A stretch of 64,000 nt of DNA from the human T2T-CHM13v2.0 reference genome, Homo sapiens, in assembly GCF_009914755.1 (NCBI RefSeq), contig NC_060935.1; one strand, 5' to 3'. Of the stretch, positions 1-14,091 are shown one piece after another. The position numbers and the translations under genes were made by a program. Positions within the stretch are counted from its first letter, which is position 1, and every line of letters starts with the position of its first letter. The notes under the pieces are model-generated. The model saw nothing but the letters and a program-made list of their open reading frames with translations. It was not told where the DNA came from and searched no databases.

Positions 1-40
1 CACATGTACCCCAGAACTTAAAGTATAATAAAAAAGAAAT
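1..40 (+). mobile_element. 3' end and poly(A) of an L1PA element (truncated by window edge)
   Basis: CACATGTACCCCAGAACTTAAAGTATAATAAAAAAA is the canonical L1PA 3' terminus. Confidence 0.85.
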
Positions 41-285
41 ATAAAGTGATGCAAATCCAAATATATATAAAACATATATATTTGAATATATATTTTTTAT
101 ATTGGAATATATAAATATATAAAACATATATACTTAAAATATATACAAAATAAAGTAATTCAAACCCAAATATATATAAATATGTATATATTTAAATACA
201 TACATATTTATAGATTTGAATTTGAGTTACTTTATACATAACACATATTTTATATATATTATGTATATAGCATAAATATATTCTG
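41..285. repeat. AT-rich low-complexity (TA)-rich tract
   Basis: Degenerate ATAT runs. Confidence 0.7.
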
Positions 286-669
286 TCACCTGTTATTTAG
301 CATAATTTTGGAAAATTCACAAGTTATTTTCCAAATATATTTTTGTAAATTTTTTTATAAATAAATCAGTAAAGATTACAAAGAAATATATATTGTGGCA
401 TTATTGGTATGAAGCTGTTTAAGTCAAAATTATTGAACTCCTGGTTGTCAAAGTTTTGACAATATAAACAAGAATACATAGTTTATCAATGTATTATATG
501 AATAAACATAATGTATAAATCAAAATAATACACAAATATTAATGTATTTATTAATCTCAAATCATAACTAGACTTTCTATTTTGGACAATCTAAACTACT
601 ATCATATTTAATAGCATTAAAACAGGTTAAGACACATCACATGCTTATTATGTAATTTATAACCTACAT

Positions 670-835
670 TACTTATTACTTAATCTCTCTATTCCTCCGT
701 TTTCTCATCTGTAAAATGGTAACAATCATACTGCTTGATTCAGAGGGTCATGGCTAGGATTCACTGAGTAACGTAAGTGAACATGTTAGGGTAGTGGCAA
801 CCATATAGGAGCTACCCAATAAATATTAACTCTTA
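670..835 (+). mobile_element. MIR SINE fragment
   Basis: MIR core TTTTCTCATCTGTAAAATGG and 3' end CAATAAATATTA. Confidence 0.7.
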
Positions 836-1329
836 ATATTTTGTTCTCTCTAAAAGTAAAGACAGTCAAAGATTTTTCAGGAAAGGGTTATGGGAATTCT
901 TCTTCAACACTACTGTGTGTCTCATGGAGAAGCTATGAATCACCAATAACTGAAGTGACTGTCATAACTGACTCCTTAGGATAAATCAGTGTCTGATGTT
1001 TTTGCTCTTGTTCTTATGAAAAAAAAAAAAAAAGCCTGGGAAAAGATGCTTCCCAATCGTGTTTTTAGTATGATTTGAAAAACTCTGGAATACATTATTA
1101 AATCTGCCACAATCTTGCTATAATTCTAAGTAATTTTCTTTTCCTATTCTTACAGATAACCAGTTATGAACACCTTCTTATATGATTAGATTCACATTTT
1201 AGAAATTAAGAGGGCATTCGTGGTCATCTGCTTCAAGTTCTCATTCCAAGCAGAATTTACTCTACAGGGTAGAGTTTACATCTGACAGATTTGGCCTTGA
1301 CTTATTAATAACACCTCCTCTCTGATAGA

Positions 1330-1872
1330 CATTTGTTGTTTCCTGCAGAGCACACATCCTCCCTCTTTTTGGCAAGAGCGCTCACAATTTTCTTCTAGAG
1401 TCCTCCTCGACTTCATCTCACCCCGTGTGGCTCATAGGATGGACTCCTGTTCCAGGGGTTGCATAAATAGCCCAGGACTGGCTTGCCAGCATATCAAATC
1501 ACCCAAGCCAAGTAACTAATTTGGGGATAGATATGCAGCACAAGTTACTCCAAGAAAACTGGGAAGTCCTCCTTTTCTACCAACTTATACCTGGGAGGAT
1601 TATGGGTCTGCGCTACTGGTGGCTATTTTGCAGACTTCTTGGTAGTCTGTGGAGTATAAAGCAAATAAGGTGGAAAGAGTTTTGCCATTACTTTAATGGC
1701 AAAAACCACAATTGGTTTTATACCAACCTAATAATTTGAGCCTTTGAATTATATACTACAATTAGAGTTTTCTGTTGAGTAGGCAAATACATCTCCTTTT
1801 GTTATTATGGCTTTGTTTTTGTTTTGGCTTAAACCAATGAGTGTCAGGTTTTTCATCATTTGCAAATAAAAG
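1330..1872 (+). mobile_element. Old MaLR LTR (MLT1J/K-like), interrupted by MADE1
   Basis: 3' end GGCTTAAACCAATGAGTGTCAGGTTTTTCATCATTTGCAA resembles old MLT1 termini; boundaries approximate. Confidence 0.45.
1680..1733. mobile_element. MADE1 (Hsmar1-derived MITE), partial
   Basis: TTTTGCCATTACTTTAATGGCAAAAACCACAATT..ACCAACCTAATA matches the palindromic centre and right arm; outer left arm missing. Confidence 0.85.
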
Positions 1873-2385
1873 TATGCTAACTGGTACACCGAATAGATGC
1901 GTTCATATGTGGCTCTCTTTATATTCTGCCGCCAGAAGCTCATTTTGAACTTGAAGCCAACTTTATCCTTTGTTACTAAATTAGCAGGATCTCTCTGTTA
2001 TGTATATAACTATGTTTGGCATACAGAAAACACACAGTGATTGATATGTATGATAATCTACATTTCCAAGGTTATATGAGAGTTAAGATTAACAAATTAG
2101 ACCACTGAATATCATTAATAAAAATGTCTCCTGCAAGGCTAACTGCACTTTTGTCTTTTTTCTTCAAACATCTGTAAAAATATTTAGCACATAGGTGTTC
2201 ATTTGAATCAGAAACCTTTTAAATAAGCTATAAGCTGATTTTAAAGAATTAAAAATGTTAGTATTTAAATATAATTGTTCATATTCATTAAAATGGTATG
2301 TGAGCCAATATATAGTATGCAAATGAAGACAGTATCTGGCAGAGAATTAACCAAAATATTCTTAGATATAACTAAGTAGGAGTAA

Positions 2386-2900
<515 letters not shown>

Positions 2901-3679
2901 GACAATATCACCCATAAATTTATATGAAACACGGGCAACTATTCTGAATAGCAAAAATTTAAAAAGAAAACTTTTTAATTAACCTCAATTCTCTTATTTT
3001 GCCCAAACAGATTCCATTTCTCAGCATGACACTTAGTAGTCTATAGAATGCATTTCCATCCAACCTGTGAATATTTTCATGCCCTCTTCAATCTTTTGGC
3101 ATCATTTCTAGTGCCATAATGAATACTAAATGACAGTATCTAAAAGTATAAGGGAGTCCACCATAGGTCAAAATATCATGTCAAGCAGCCGTGGGAAGAG
3201 AATGTTATTACTGAGTCACTCAACCTTTAAAAACTATCTTAGACTTCTTACTAAAGCACGGATATCTTTAATAAATTTTCCAGCAATGATAATTCTACTT
3301 CCTTCTAGTCTATATTCCTTTTAAGAAAAGTTAACCGTAAGATAAGCTAGCAAGTGATAAGTAATATAAGAGAGAAGAACAGTGCACAGATGTGGAGAAT
3401 TAATCAAGGTAAACTAACATTGGGAATCAAGTCACAACTTTTTTATAGAAAAAGACATTTTATTTTTAAAAAATCAGTGACCGCCACTCTTTCCCCTGAA
3501 TCTTGGATGGCTCACATTGGAGTGGTGGAGAGACCTCAGGATTTCCTCTGCAGGTGCTTCTGTCCATGTGCACCATTCATGGACCCAGGGACAGAGCCAC
3601 CACCATTAGTAGTTCTCCATTGACACTAGCTTTTAGTGGCAGCATCTGCCAATGGCTATTCCTGAGGAAGTTTGTTTCT

Positions 3680-3778
3680 GATGGCCAGGAATTTTTATCC
3701 TTCTTGCTTATACCTAAATCCCTGTATCTAAACAGCATTTGGCACAGAGTGGGCATTCATTATTTTTTAATGAATTAA
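3680..3778 (+). mobile_element. L2 3' end fragment
   Basis: CAGCATTTGGCACAGAGTGGGCATTCATTATTTTTTAATGAATT resembles the L2 terminus. Confidence 0.5.
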
Positions 3779-5979
3779 AGGATAGATCTTAGCTACTGCT
3801 GTGATTCCATTTGGTAGCAGTCACTAATGAAAACTGCCTTCAGCACTGCTTGCTTTAATCACTCTAAGTTTGAGGTATATCTTGCCTCTGAAACAGTTCT
3901 TAGATTTCCAGTTGCTGGATGGCTCAAGGATAATTTCTGAGCATTAGTTCTGTTAAGCAATTCAAGAAATGGTCCCTGCTGAGCCCTCTAGGTAAATCCT
4001 ACACAGCACTTTCAAACAACAGTTCTCTTAAGGAATACGTCCAAATCTCTGTAGAATTGTAACTTACGCACGAATCCAACAACCATGACAAAGCCACACA
4101 GCTAACTGTGAGTTTCTTCTTCCTGTGTTCCAACCTTTGACTCTCTAAGAAAACCCTTTTGATAACTGGAGTTTATCAATAATTCAGTTCATCAAATACA
4201 TATTGAGTAACTACCATGAGGCGGGCCCTCTTCCAGATACTTACATGTGGCTCATCAGTTTCTCTCAAGGGCTGCAAAGTCAGTTAAATGTGCAAATCAC
4301 CAAAGGCTCCGGATTCCTCTTCACATATGGCTTGATTTCTTACATTTATACAGTGCTTTGTAGTTCACAAAACACCTATACATACATTACCTAACTTAGA
4401 GCTTTGCATCAGTTCTGTGAGGTGTACATAAATAATTTCCATTTCACAGAAGAAAAAAACTTAGAGAAAATGAGAATATTGCTTAAGGTCATACCAACTC
4501 GGACTCCTTGGTAGCCAGAAAACAGCAGAGCTGATTCTTTTACCCAAATCAGGAATATTTTTCACTAGATTCCCCTGTTCATTCTGGGGACTATAGATTT
4601 CTTTGCAGTTGTTATTAAAGTTAGGTATTTTTTTGATTTATGTATTCCATTTTTTTTAACCACGTAATCTATTCAAAATACTGGAAATATAGTATACAAA
4701 ACACCATTTCTCAAAGTGGTGGGAATATTCTAGTGGGAAAAATAAGACACACATAGGTATCTATAAGCTGAAACAGGAAGTGACACATGCCATAAAAGAA
4801 ATCCAAAAATAAAAATATGTGAGAGATCACTTCCAGCTGGGGAAAGAGCAAGTAAGACTTCCTGCAAACAAGACATTAGGAATATGTGACTAAACAAAAC
4901 AAAACAAAACAAATTCCACTTAATGATCTTTGCAAAACAGCCCATTATTTTGGTAAATTGCAGGCTGAATAAACGATGGAAGAAAACTACAACCCATTTA
5001 AAGTTCATGACATTATTCTTCCAACAAAAAATTTGAACATGAAACACAAATGCATATATTCCCACGGTGGCAAATTGTGGATGCTAGCTTAATAGAGGAT
5101 CTCTACGAACCCACCCCCAACTCACTTCCCATTGGAGGAAATTTAGAGCCTAAATTGACAGAAAATTATAAGTTTCCCAGTTTAGCAGACTGAAAACTCA
5201 TCAGAGATAAACCTTAGTACTGGCAGAATCATTTTCCTCCTGGTTAAACTGCATGTGTTAAGTGGATTTCATATTTCGTCCATTTACTTGATTGTACATA
5301 ACACAAAAAAGTGGCAGTCACGTACAATCCAAATTTGAATCAACTAGAAGCCCGTCCCTAGCACCAATGCAATTACTGCTAGCTTAGACACCCAGGTGGA
5401 AACTCATCAGCCAACATTGTCCTCTTATAGCTGAATGTGTTCACTGAAAATGTACTTGCATCAATAACTAGACTATCTTGTTTTTCATGTTAGTTTTGCC
5501 TCTAATTTTAAAATATTATACTGGAACCATGAAGAGACATGGTATTGTTTGAGAGAAGCAATGCTTGCCCCTAATAGTTTTGTTTGATTTGTTTTTAGTC
5601 ACGTGTCTGTAAGGACAGTAATTTATTTTTCTTTCAATGTGGCATTAAGAGAGAAAGGAAAAATCATTTTTTCATAAGTTCTGAAACTTGGAAATTAAAA
5701 ACCCCAAAAACACTGGAGTAGAGAGGTAGGAGCAATCATAGGCCTGAAATCAACAGCCCAGATTGAGAGGGCACAGGAAACTACACCACCACAGTTAAAT
5801 GAGCCGTAAAACACAAAACCTCATTTTGTGGCCATAACAAAAGTTTGGGTCACTGAGATACTAAAGGAGATTGGAAATAAAGCAGTTCAGCTACATTCCA
5901 TATTTATGCAGTGCTTCATAATTTTGCATTTTACAAATTTTTCATTCCATAGTTTTGATTGTTTTTCATATGTGCTTTT

Positions 5980-6135
5980 ATAACTTGAAGCAGATATTCT
6001 CATTTTTTCAGTTGTAGAAACTAAAGCATAGAGGGGTATGTTTTGACAAAAGTCCTGCGACAAGGTGTGGGAGGAGACAGCACTTGAATCTTGGGCTTCT
6101 AGTCCTGAGCTCCAAGGCCTTTTCCGCACCCTATA
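5980..6135 (-). mobile_element. MIR fragment
   Basis: CATTTTTTCAGTTGTAGAAACTAAAGCATAGAG degenerate reverse core. Confidence 0.5.
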
Positions 6136-6356
6136 CATCTGCTGAGTAGTTTCGAAAACTTCCAAAGTGACAGTAGACCTGGCTTCTTGATGAAGGTAAG
6201 CAGCAGAATGGAGGGGTGAACTTCACTCAGCAGGAAGGGTCCTGAGTGAATTAGAGCATGCTTTGCACAAATGTGTTCTAATTATTTAAAACCTTTTTAA
6301 AAGATCAGTTAAAACTACTCAAAGAAATATATATAAATAATTTTTTTAAAGGTTGG

Positions 6357-6668
6357 GGCCAGGTGCAGTGGCTCATGCCTGTAATCCCAGCACTTTGGGA
6401 GGCCAAGGCGGGCAGACCACTTGAGGCCAGGAGTTCAAGACCAGCCCGGCCAATATGGCAAAACCCTGTCTCTATTGAAAATACAAAAATTAGCCAGGTG
6501 TGGTGGCAGCACACCTGTGATCGCAACTACTCAGGAGGCTGGGACAGAAGAATCGCTTGAGCCTAGGAGGCAGAGGTTGTAGTGAGCCAAGATTGTGCCA
6601 CTGTGCTCCAGTCTAGGTGACAAAGCAAGATGCTGACTCAAAAATAATAATAAATAATAAATAAAAAA
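6357..6668 (+). mobile_element. Alu (AluJ/Sx)
   Basis: GGCCAGGTGCAGTGGCTC start, both arms, A-rich tail, flanked by AGGTTGG repeats. Confidence 0.95.
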
Positions 6669-6774
6669 TGTAAGAGGTTGGAAAATCTTGATATTTCAGA
6701 ATGACAAATAGAAAGTTAAAGCTGGTGTAGGGATATTTGATGACCAAACTGAATAATAAGATTTACGTTATCAA

Positions 6775-7025
6775 TAGCTAATAATAATTGAGGACTTCCC
6801 TATTTACCAGGCACTGTACTAAGTACCTTATGCACACTACACCATTAGATTCTCACCGTCTTATGAAGCAAGTATTATTGTGGTCCCCATCTTACAGATG
6901 AAGAAATGAAGAAACAGAGAGGTTCAGCTATTTGCCCAAAGTCACAAAGCTAAGAAGTAGCAGAGACACGATTTGAATACTGGAAGTCCAGAGTCCAGTC
7001 TAATGTCTTAACCACCATACTGCCC
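6775..7025 (-). mobile_element. MIR, near full length
   Basis: CCAGGCACTGTACTAAG..CCCCATCTTACAGATGAAGAAA..GCCCAAAGTCACA..CTTAACCACCATACTG. Confidence 0.85.
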
Positions 7026-7289
7026 CTACTAGGTACTAGTTATTGAATCCAAACAATGTCCAGATGCTATGTCATATACATTGCATACCATTCATATTCT
7101 TCCTGGGAATCCTAGAATTAATAAAATCCTCATTTTTATATATTGTGTATGTGGGAAACCAAAGTTTAGACACTAAGTGGAAAATAAGAGATCCTGAGAG
7201 GGAGCCTCTTATGAGAGAGGAGGGGAATAGTGGCATGAAAAATGGCCTTCACATCAAGTAAAACAAGTTATGAAATATCCATTTCATGT

Positions 7290-7620
7290 AACAGTTCACT
7301 GGCAGCTTAGCAAGAGTCATTTCAGGTAAGCCATTTCAGGGAGGGGATAGAAATCAGACTGCAGTGGGTTGGTGAATGAATGTGAGTTGCGGTGAAGAGA
7401 GGTGAGAAAGTTTCAAATATAGCCTAGAGGGAAGAAGAGAGGGCATTAGCTAGAGAGAAACTTATGTCTAACATGAAAGACAATGGAGCAGGCAAAGAGC
7501 CTCTTTGTAGAGACAGAATTAATATACAGGAAGGGGATGGGGTAATCAGTGAAATAAAATCCCTGAACGAGGGTAAGAAAGATGGAATCACAGCACCACT
7601 AGGGATTTGCCTTAGACAAT
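7290..7620 (-). mobile_element. L2 fragment
   Basis: Purine-rich degenerate L2-like sequence (CTTAGCAAGAGTCATTTCAG, CAGACTGCAGTGGGTTG). Confidence 0.4.
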
Positions 7621-8142
7621 GGAAAAGCCAAATATTGTAAGATGTCTGCTACATTAAGAGCAGGATTGAAGAAGTGGAATAAAATGCAAAACAGCAAAAT
7701 ATTAGTTTATTTTGATAGATGAAGAGGAGGAGAGATGAGTGGTGGAGAGCCGTCTGAGCATGCAGGGTCATGGGAAGACTTTCAAGTTCAAAGGATAAGA
7801 AAGTCTCTGTCAACAAAATGTGGATCCAAAGCCTAACTTTCAGAACATTAGGCATATGGAATAGTATTAGTAACAGTTTGTCTTTTGGGGAAGTATAACA
7901 TATAAACATTACCCTGTCTCACAGAACACTCATGTATTTTGGGAAATAAATTTTCTGATTCTCATCATGTTATTTCATAACAAGCAAAATTATTGAGTCA
8001 TTGGTTATGTGAATTTGCTTCCACCAGGATATTTTAATAATTTTTTCCAAACCAATTTTTCTTCAAACATGCCCTGTCTGCCTCTGTTCCTCTGCTTCCT
8101 ACCAGACTGGCTTCTCTCCTGGTCCTTTCAGGCTGTGGCCCC

Positions 8143-8307
8143 TTGCTACTCAAAGGGTGGTCTGCAGACCAACAACTAGGCATTACCTGGAAGCTTGTTA
8201 GGAATGCAGAGTTTTGGACCCATCCCAGATATACTGAGTCAGAATCTGACTTGTTTCAAGTTCCTCAGGCCCGTTGTGTATACACTAGCATTTGGGAAGA
8301 GCTGGTT
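8143..8307. mobile_element. MER5A (hAT-Charlie)
   Basis: CTACTCAAAGGGTGGTC..CCTGGAAGCTTGTTAGGAATGCAGA..TACTGAGTCAGAATCTG. Confidence 0.8.
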
Positions 8308-8465
8308 TAGACGTCTCACTACAATCTGTCTTAACTTTAATTTGGTCTGCTTGTTTTATCTCTTTCAATTTCCAAAAGAAAAAGGATAATTTCTCATGCA
8401 TATTCCCTATAGCACATTGGTCTCTGGAATATAGTTTCAAACTTCCTTTGTTCTGTGTAGGTTGC

Positions 8466-8839
8466 TAATATGGTCTGGCTGTGTCCCCACCCAAATCACA
8501 TCTTGAATTGTAGTTCCCATAATCCCCATGTGTCATGGGAGGTGCCCGATGGGAGGTAACTAAATCATGGGGGCAGTTTCCCCAGTGCTATTCTGGTGAT
8601 AGTAAGTTCTCATAAGATCTGATGGTTTTATATGGGGCTTCCTCCTTCACTCAGTTCTCATTCTTCTCCTTCCTGCCACCATGTGAAGAAGGACGTGTTT
8701 GCTTCCCCTTCTACCATTATTGTAAGTTTCCTGAGGCTTCCCCAGCCCTGCAGAACTGTGAGTAAATTAAACCTCTTTCCTTTATAATTTACCCAGTCTC
8801 AGGCAGTTCTTTATAGCGGTATGAGAATGGACTAATACA
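8466..8839 (+). mobile_element. THE1D-like solo LTR (ERVL-MaLR)
   Basis: TAATATGGTCTGGCTGTGTCCCCACCCAAAT start, GGACTAATACA end, ~374 bp. Confidence 0.92.
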
Positions 8840-10462
8840 GCAATCTTTCAACTCATTTTCAGGTTCTTCTTCTGCTGTTACACAACGAATCCTCTCAATC
8901 CAACCTACTGGGTTCCACCCACACTCATGCACCTCCTATTGAAGACAAGTTGTGTGCTGTTATGCTACTGTGACTTTCGGCAGGCCATCCTTTTTATCCC
9001 TCCCAGCCTTTTTCCTCTTGAGGAATTACTAATTATCATAAAAGTCAATTGTCACCTGTCCTAGAAAGCCTTGTCCAACCACCCCATATGCTCTCCTCTA
9101 CTATTATTACTTTGTGTTAGATTTCTATTATATCAGGCATAAACACTACATGAATTATTTATCTTTTCACCAAATAAAATATGAAGTTCATGAAGGGAGA
9201 CAGTGTATTTTTTCTTCATCTTATATCCCTAGGACAGCTTTCTAACCCCTAGGAAGAAATCAAGACATGGTTCTAATAGATATAAGTAAAAATATAAATA
9301 TAGACATCAATATATTTACTTTTATATTATCTATTTAGTTTAGGTATATAGATTTTATACTGTTTATATATGTAATTTTTATATATTCAATGTATAGTTT
9401 AATATTTAGCCTACATGTGTATGTTTGTATACATGTGTCTTTAGGATATATGGATTAGCTGAGTTTTCTCAGGAGAAAATATGAAAAGATTATAAGAATA
9501 TATTTAAAATGGAGGAGTTGGGGAATTATTTTTATTCCCACAGCCCCTAAAGTGAAAATATAACTGCATAAATCCCATGACCTTATGCAATCTGTTTTTG
9601 GCAAAAGCCACACATGCTAAATAGTTACCCAAATATCTAACCATCTAGGTTGCCAGAACTAGATTTACAATTATTTTACTTTAGACTCTGCAAGATTTTA
9701 GGCTTTTCTGATTCCTATTTAAGCCACTTAAAATGCAAAATCCTTCTGTGGTCATAGTTTCAACAATCAAAAAACAAACAAGTTTTCACAGAGTATTTAA
9801 AATATATAACAGCAGAGTCATAGAAGGTGTGGTTTCTGTACCAGAAGGAAAGAAGGAGGAATGTGAGAAGAATTTATTGATCTCCTGCTGTACACTGGGA
9901 AGTTTTCTCAACAATTTACATGCAACCTCATGACAACTGTCTAACTGTTGTGTTATCATCTTCAAACAACATGTTTGTTTACGTATTCATAACATTTAAT
10001 AGAAATGGTTGCATCTCAAAATCACCAAGAATAAAAATGTTCGTCTTAGTCCTTATCTTTCAGAAGAAATAACAATGCCTATCTCATTTTAGTCTAATAA
10101 TTGTAATACATCCTATGAAGTAGCTTCCCACACCACCAATAAACACTGACATAATACATTTAAGATATAAATGTGGTGAAAAACTTGCTGGGAAGTTTTT
10201 ATACACAAGCTTCCCAGACCCTGTCAACCTTCAGATATTTACTACTAACAACAGCACCAATACCTGATTTCAAGTTGATGGTGGGACTCAAATGCTGGGC
10301 TGACTGTAAAAGGTTTACATGTTAGGAATATTCTGATTACTAAACCTCCAGAGAGAAGGTAGTTTTACATTAAGAAATCAAAATGATACTTTTCATAATG
10401 CCATGGATGTTGTCAGCTGTAAAAAACACATTCCTACATCTACTGAAATACCAAAAGATATC

Positions 10463-11390
10463 TGTTATGGTTAAGCTTTTGCGTCAACTTGACTGGTTCA
10501 TGAGGCACCCATACATTTAGTCAAACACTAGTTCATACTACGCAACCATAAAAAAGAACAAAATCATGTTCTTTTCAGCAACATGGATACAACCGGAGTG
10601 AGTTAACATAGAAATTCACTTATCCTAAGTGAATTAACACAGAAACAGAAAAATCAAATACTGCATGTTCCCACTTACAAGAGGGAGCTAAACATTGAAT
10701 ACACTTGGACACAAAAATGGAAACAATTGACACTGGGGACTCCAAAAGTGGGGAGGAAGGGAAGGGAACAAGGGTTGAAAACTATCTATGGGGTTCTATG
10801 CTCACTATTTTGGTGATGGAACCAATACAAGGGCAAACTTCAGCATCACACAATATACCCATGTAACAAACCTGCACACATACCCCCTGAATCTAAAATT
10901 TTAAAAATAAATAAATAAATAAGCATCACTCTGGGTGTGTCTGTAAGGGTGTTTCTTGATGAGATTAACATTTGAATCTCTGGTAAAATGAGCAGATTGC
11001 CCTCCCTTAATGTGGACAGCCTCATCCAATCAATTGAAGACCTGAATAGAACAAAAAAGTAACTCTGCCTGCTTGACCACTTGAGCTAGAACATCAGTTT
11101 TCTCCTGCCCTCGAACTAGAATTTACATCATCAGTTTTCCTGGATCTCGGGCTTTTGGACTTGGACTAGAACTTACATCATTGGTTCTCCTGATTCTCAG
11201 GTCTTCAGACTCAGGCTGGAACTATACTAACAACTCTCCTGGGTTTTCTGCCTGCCAATTTGCACATCTTGGGACTTCTCAGCCTCCATGATCATGTGAG
11301 CCAATTTCTTATGGCAAGGAGAGGGAGAGGGAAAGAGAGTGAGGAGTTGATAGGTAGTTCTGTTTCTCTAGAGAACCCTAATATAATAAC
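10463..11390 (+). mobile_element. MLT2-type ERVL solo LTR interrupted by L1
   Basis: TGTTATGGTTAAGCTTTTGCGTCAACTTGACTGG start; GAGATTAACATTTGAATC; end TTCTGTTTCTCTAGAGAACCCTAA. Confidence 0.85.
10535..10922 (+). mobile_element. L1 3' end (L1PB-like) nested in MLT2
   Basis: ORF2 C-terminus/3'UTR motifs, CATGTAACAAACCTGCAC..CTGAATCTAAAAT and (TAAA)n tail. Confidence 0.85.
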
Positions 11391-11430
11391 ATGTTTATAA
11401 CTCATCACTTCCTTAAAATAAAAATAAAGA

Positions 11431-11758
11431 GGCCCGGGGTGGTGGCTCACACCTGTAATCCCAGCACTTTGGAAAGCCAAGGCAGGTGAATCACTTGACA
11501 CCAGGAGTTTGAGACCAGCCTGGCCAACATGACAAAACTCTGTCTCTACTAAAAATACAGAAAAATTAGCCAGGCATGGTGGCACACAACTGTGATCCCA
11601 GTTATCCCAGCTACTCGGGGGCCTGAGGCAGGAGAAATTGCTTGAATCCAGCAGGTGGAGGTTGCAGTGAGCCAAGATGGCACCACTGCACTCCAGCCTG
11701 GGTGACAGAGTGAAACTCTGTCTCAAAATAAAGTGAAATAAAATAGAATAAAAATAAA
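11431..11758 (+). mobile_element. Alu (AluSx-like)
   Basis: Both arms and (TAAAA)n tail; small ATCCCAG duplication in right arm. Confidence 0.95.
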
Positions 11759-11964
11759 GGACAACACTTGAAGCAAACTGTTTTAGAAATACTAGAATTG
11801 TCCATATTCTTCAACAGCGTTCCTGTGGTGTTTCAATGATGTGCACTCAGCAAGAAACATCAGTAATTAAAAGTTGAAGTTCTGTTTTGGTCACAACCTA
11901 AGGAGAATGGGCATGTTGACCGAGAACTCTGAGGAGAGAGTTTGAACCACAATTTAGCAGCACT

Positions 11965-12475
11965 TCCTTAAGGTCTTTATCTACATCATCTCACTTAATA
12001 CTTATAATAACCATGAGATAGATATTATCCTGACTTTATAGGGTTGGAGAGGTTAAGTAACTAACCCTATCACTTACACACTGACTGACTTTGGTCAACT
12101 TAACATGATGTCTCTTGAGTACCATGTCTTCTTCATCTTTAAGTTAGGGGTTGGATTGCTTAGCTCGCAGAGCTGTTCTAATAACCGAGTGATGAGATAT
12201 ATACGATGCATCTGAAATATAATAGGTGTTCACATGCACACAGGAAGGGGAACATCACACACCGGGGCCTGTTGTGGGGTGGGGGGAGGGGGGAGGGATA
12301 GCATTAGGAGATATACCTAATGTTAAATGATGAGCTAATGGGTGCAGCACACCAACATGGCACATGTATACATATGTAACAAACCTGCACGTTGTGCACA
12401 TGTACCCTAAAACTGAAAGTATAATAAAAAATAAAAATAAAAAAATAATAGGTGTTCAATAAGTACTTATTTCCT
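11965..12475. mobile_element. Two MIR fragments in opposite orientation; the second is split by an L1
   Basis: Reverse fragment GAGAGGTTAAGTAAC (~12050); forward fragment ending TAGGTGTTCAATAAGT. Confidence 0.5.
12233..12444 (+). mobile_element. 5'-truncated L1PA (~210 bp) with TSD
   Basis: L1PA 3'UTR with G-tract; TSD ATAATAGGTGTTCA at 12219-12232 and 12445-12458. Confidence 0.95.
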
Positions 12476-14091
12476 TTCCCTTTACTGCAGTTCAGCAAAA
12501 TCCCAACAGATAATAGCCCAAATCATACCCTAGAGTTTCAAATAATTATTACAGATTGTTATTCAAAAAACAATACAAGGATCAACCTCTAGCTGTGTAT
12601 TTTCAAACTAAAAAATATGTAACTGAGCAGATGTTTGGCAAATAGAGAATAATAAACTAGTTGGAAATTTCTAATTTGATGCCACCCAATCAGTCCGAGT
12701 ATTGGTGTTTCAGGGTTTATTTTAAATGTTGTCATTATGTGCTCTTGGAAATTATGGGTTTTCTCTTGAAATTATTTTCAAATGTGGCTTCCTACTCTGT
12801 TAAGTATGTTTTTTTTCATCATATGGTGATTCCTATGACACTGTATTAATCACTCTCCACAATGAAGATTATGCTTAACATAAAATTCAGTGTTGGCCAC
12901 AAGCAAATAACTATTATACAGACCTACTGCTCCTCCTGAGCAAATGTTACCCAGGCCTCTTTACAGTTAGTGGTTCACTGCAGTGTGAGCAGCTTACATC
13001 ATTTGGTTTCAGTCCTTCCCTGATTAGTGAAATTGACTCAAAGCTTGGGATTTATCATGTAAGAAAAGAGTGAAAATGTTCCCCATTTTTAGGAGAACAG
13101 TTAAATATTATAAAGGCTCTTTAGTTTTAAATTCACTTCTTTCACTCAGTATGCCCATATTTGTTACATTTTTGTTGAACACATTACTTTACACAATGAA
13201 CTGGTTATAAAAATGAGCCCCAATAATGAAATCAGTGTTTGACTGTGATAAATACAAGACACAGTCCAAAAAGGTTTTTTAATATAGTTTATTTTCCCAA
13301 GGCTTATTTTATAGGAATACTTTTTTTGTACATTGGATGACAATTCCTTATCTAGTCATTTATTTTCAACTACTAGCAACTATATTGTTGGTCTTATGTA
13401 CAATTCCACTCATTCTATGCTCCCTTTCTGTATACATTTCCTAAAAATTTATTTTTCTTGTTTAAATGTAACATATTCTCTATAACTGAGGGACCTTGTT
13501 GATATGTTTTTTAACATTGTTTAATTTGTTATTTACCCACTTTACACCAATTATTATGCTCAGATATTTGTGCATAGATCATGGGTGAATTTAGCTTGAG
13601 AATATTATGTATGTTTGCAAAAAGACAATATATAGTCACTTATGAAAAAAGTCAAAGGGTAACATGATAAAGTGAATAGGATCATTTTATACTTTGTTTT
13701 TATTTCATTCACCTATAGTTGGCAATCTTATTTATAAACAACAAAGAAACAAAACATCATGAGGTGGTTCAGCAATAAAACACACTTTCTACATCTCTCA
13801 ACTTTTCTTTCCTTCTTAACACTTCCCCTTCCCCCTAGAAACCATGGTTCCTCCTGCCATCTGTTCACAAGTGTTGAAAGGAGTAGCTCTGACCATACCC
13901 AGGAGAGGTGAAAAGTACAAGAATAATTTTCCATAACTGGCCCAGGACCCAGTGAATTTCAAGCAACAAGAAATCTCTCTGGCCTATTTCACTAAACCAG
14001 CCTTCACATGTCTGCTGCCCAGAGCCTATATCTTCCCATAGTTTCCTCTGTGGCCAACCTTTGACAAGGCCCCACAGGGATGTTAACTGAT

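Noticed and set aside
1680-1733. miR-548-family precursor
   Set aside because: Only a partial MADE1; most of one arm is missing, so the full hairpin cannot form
11075-11240. ~50-bp degenerate tandem repeats as a CRISPR-like or novel array
   Set aside because: No unique spacers; they lie within an MLT2 LTR, a family with internal repeats
12277-12297. G-quadruplex motif
   Set aside because: Standard L1 3'UTR G-tract, not locus-specific
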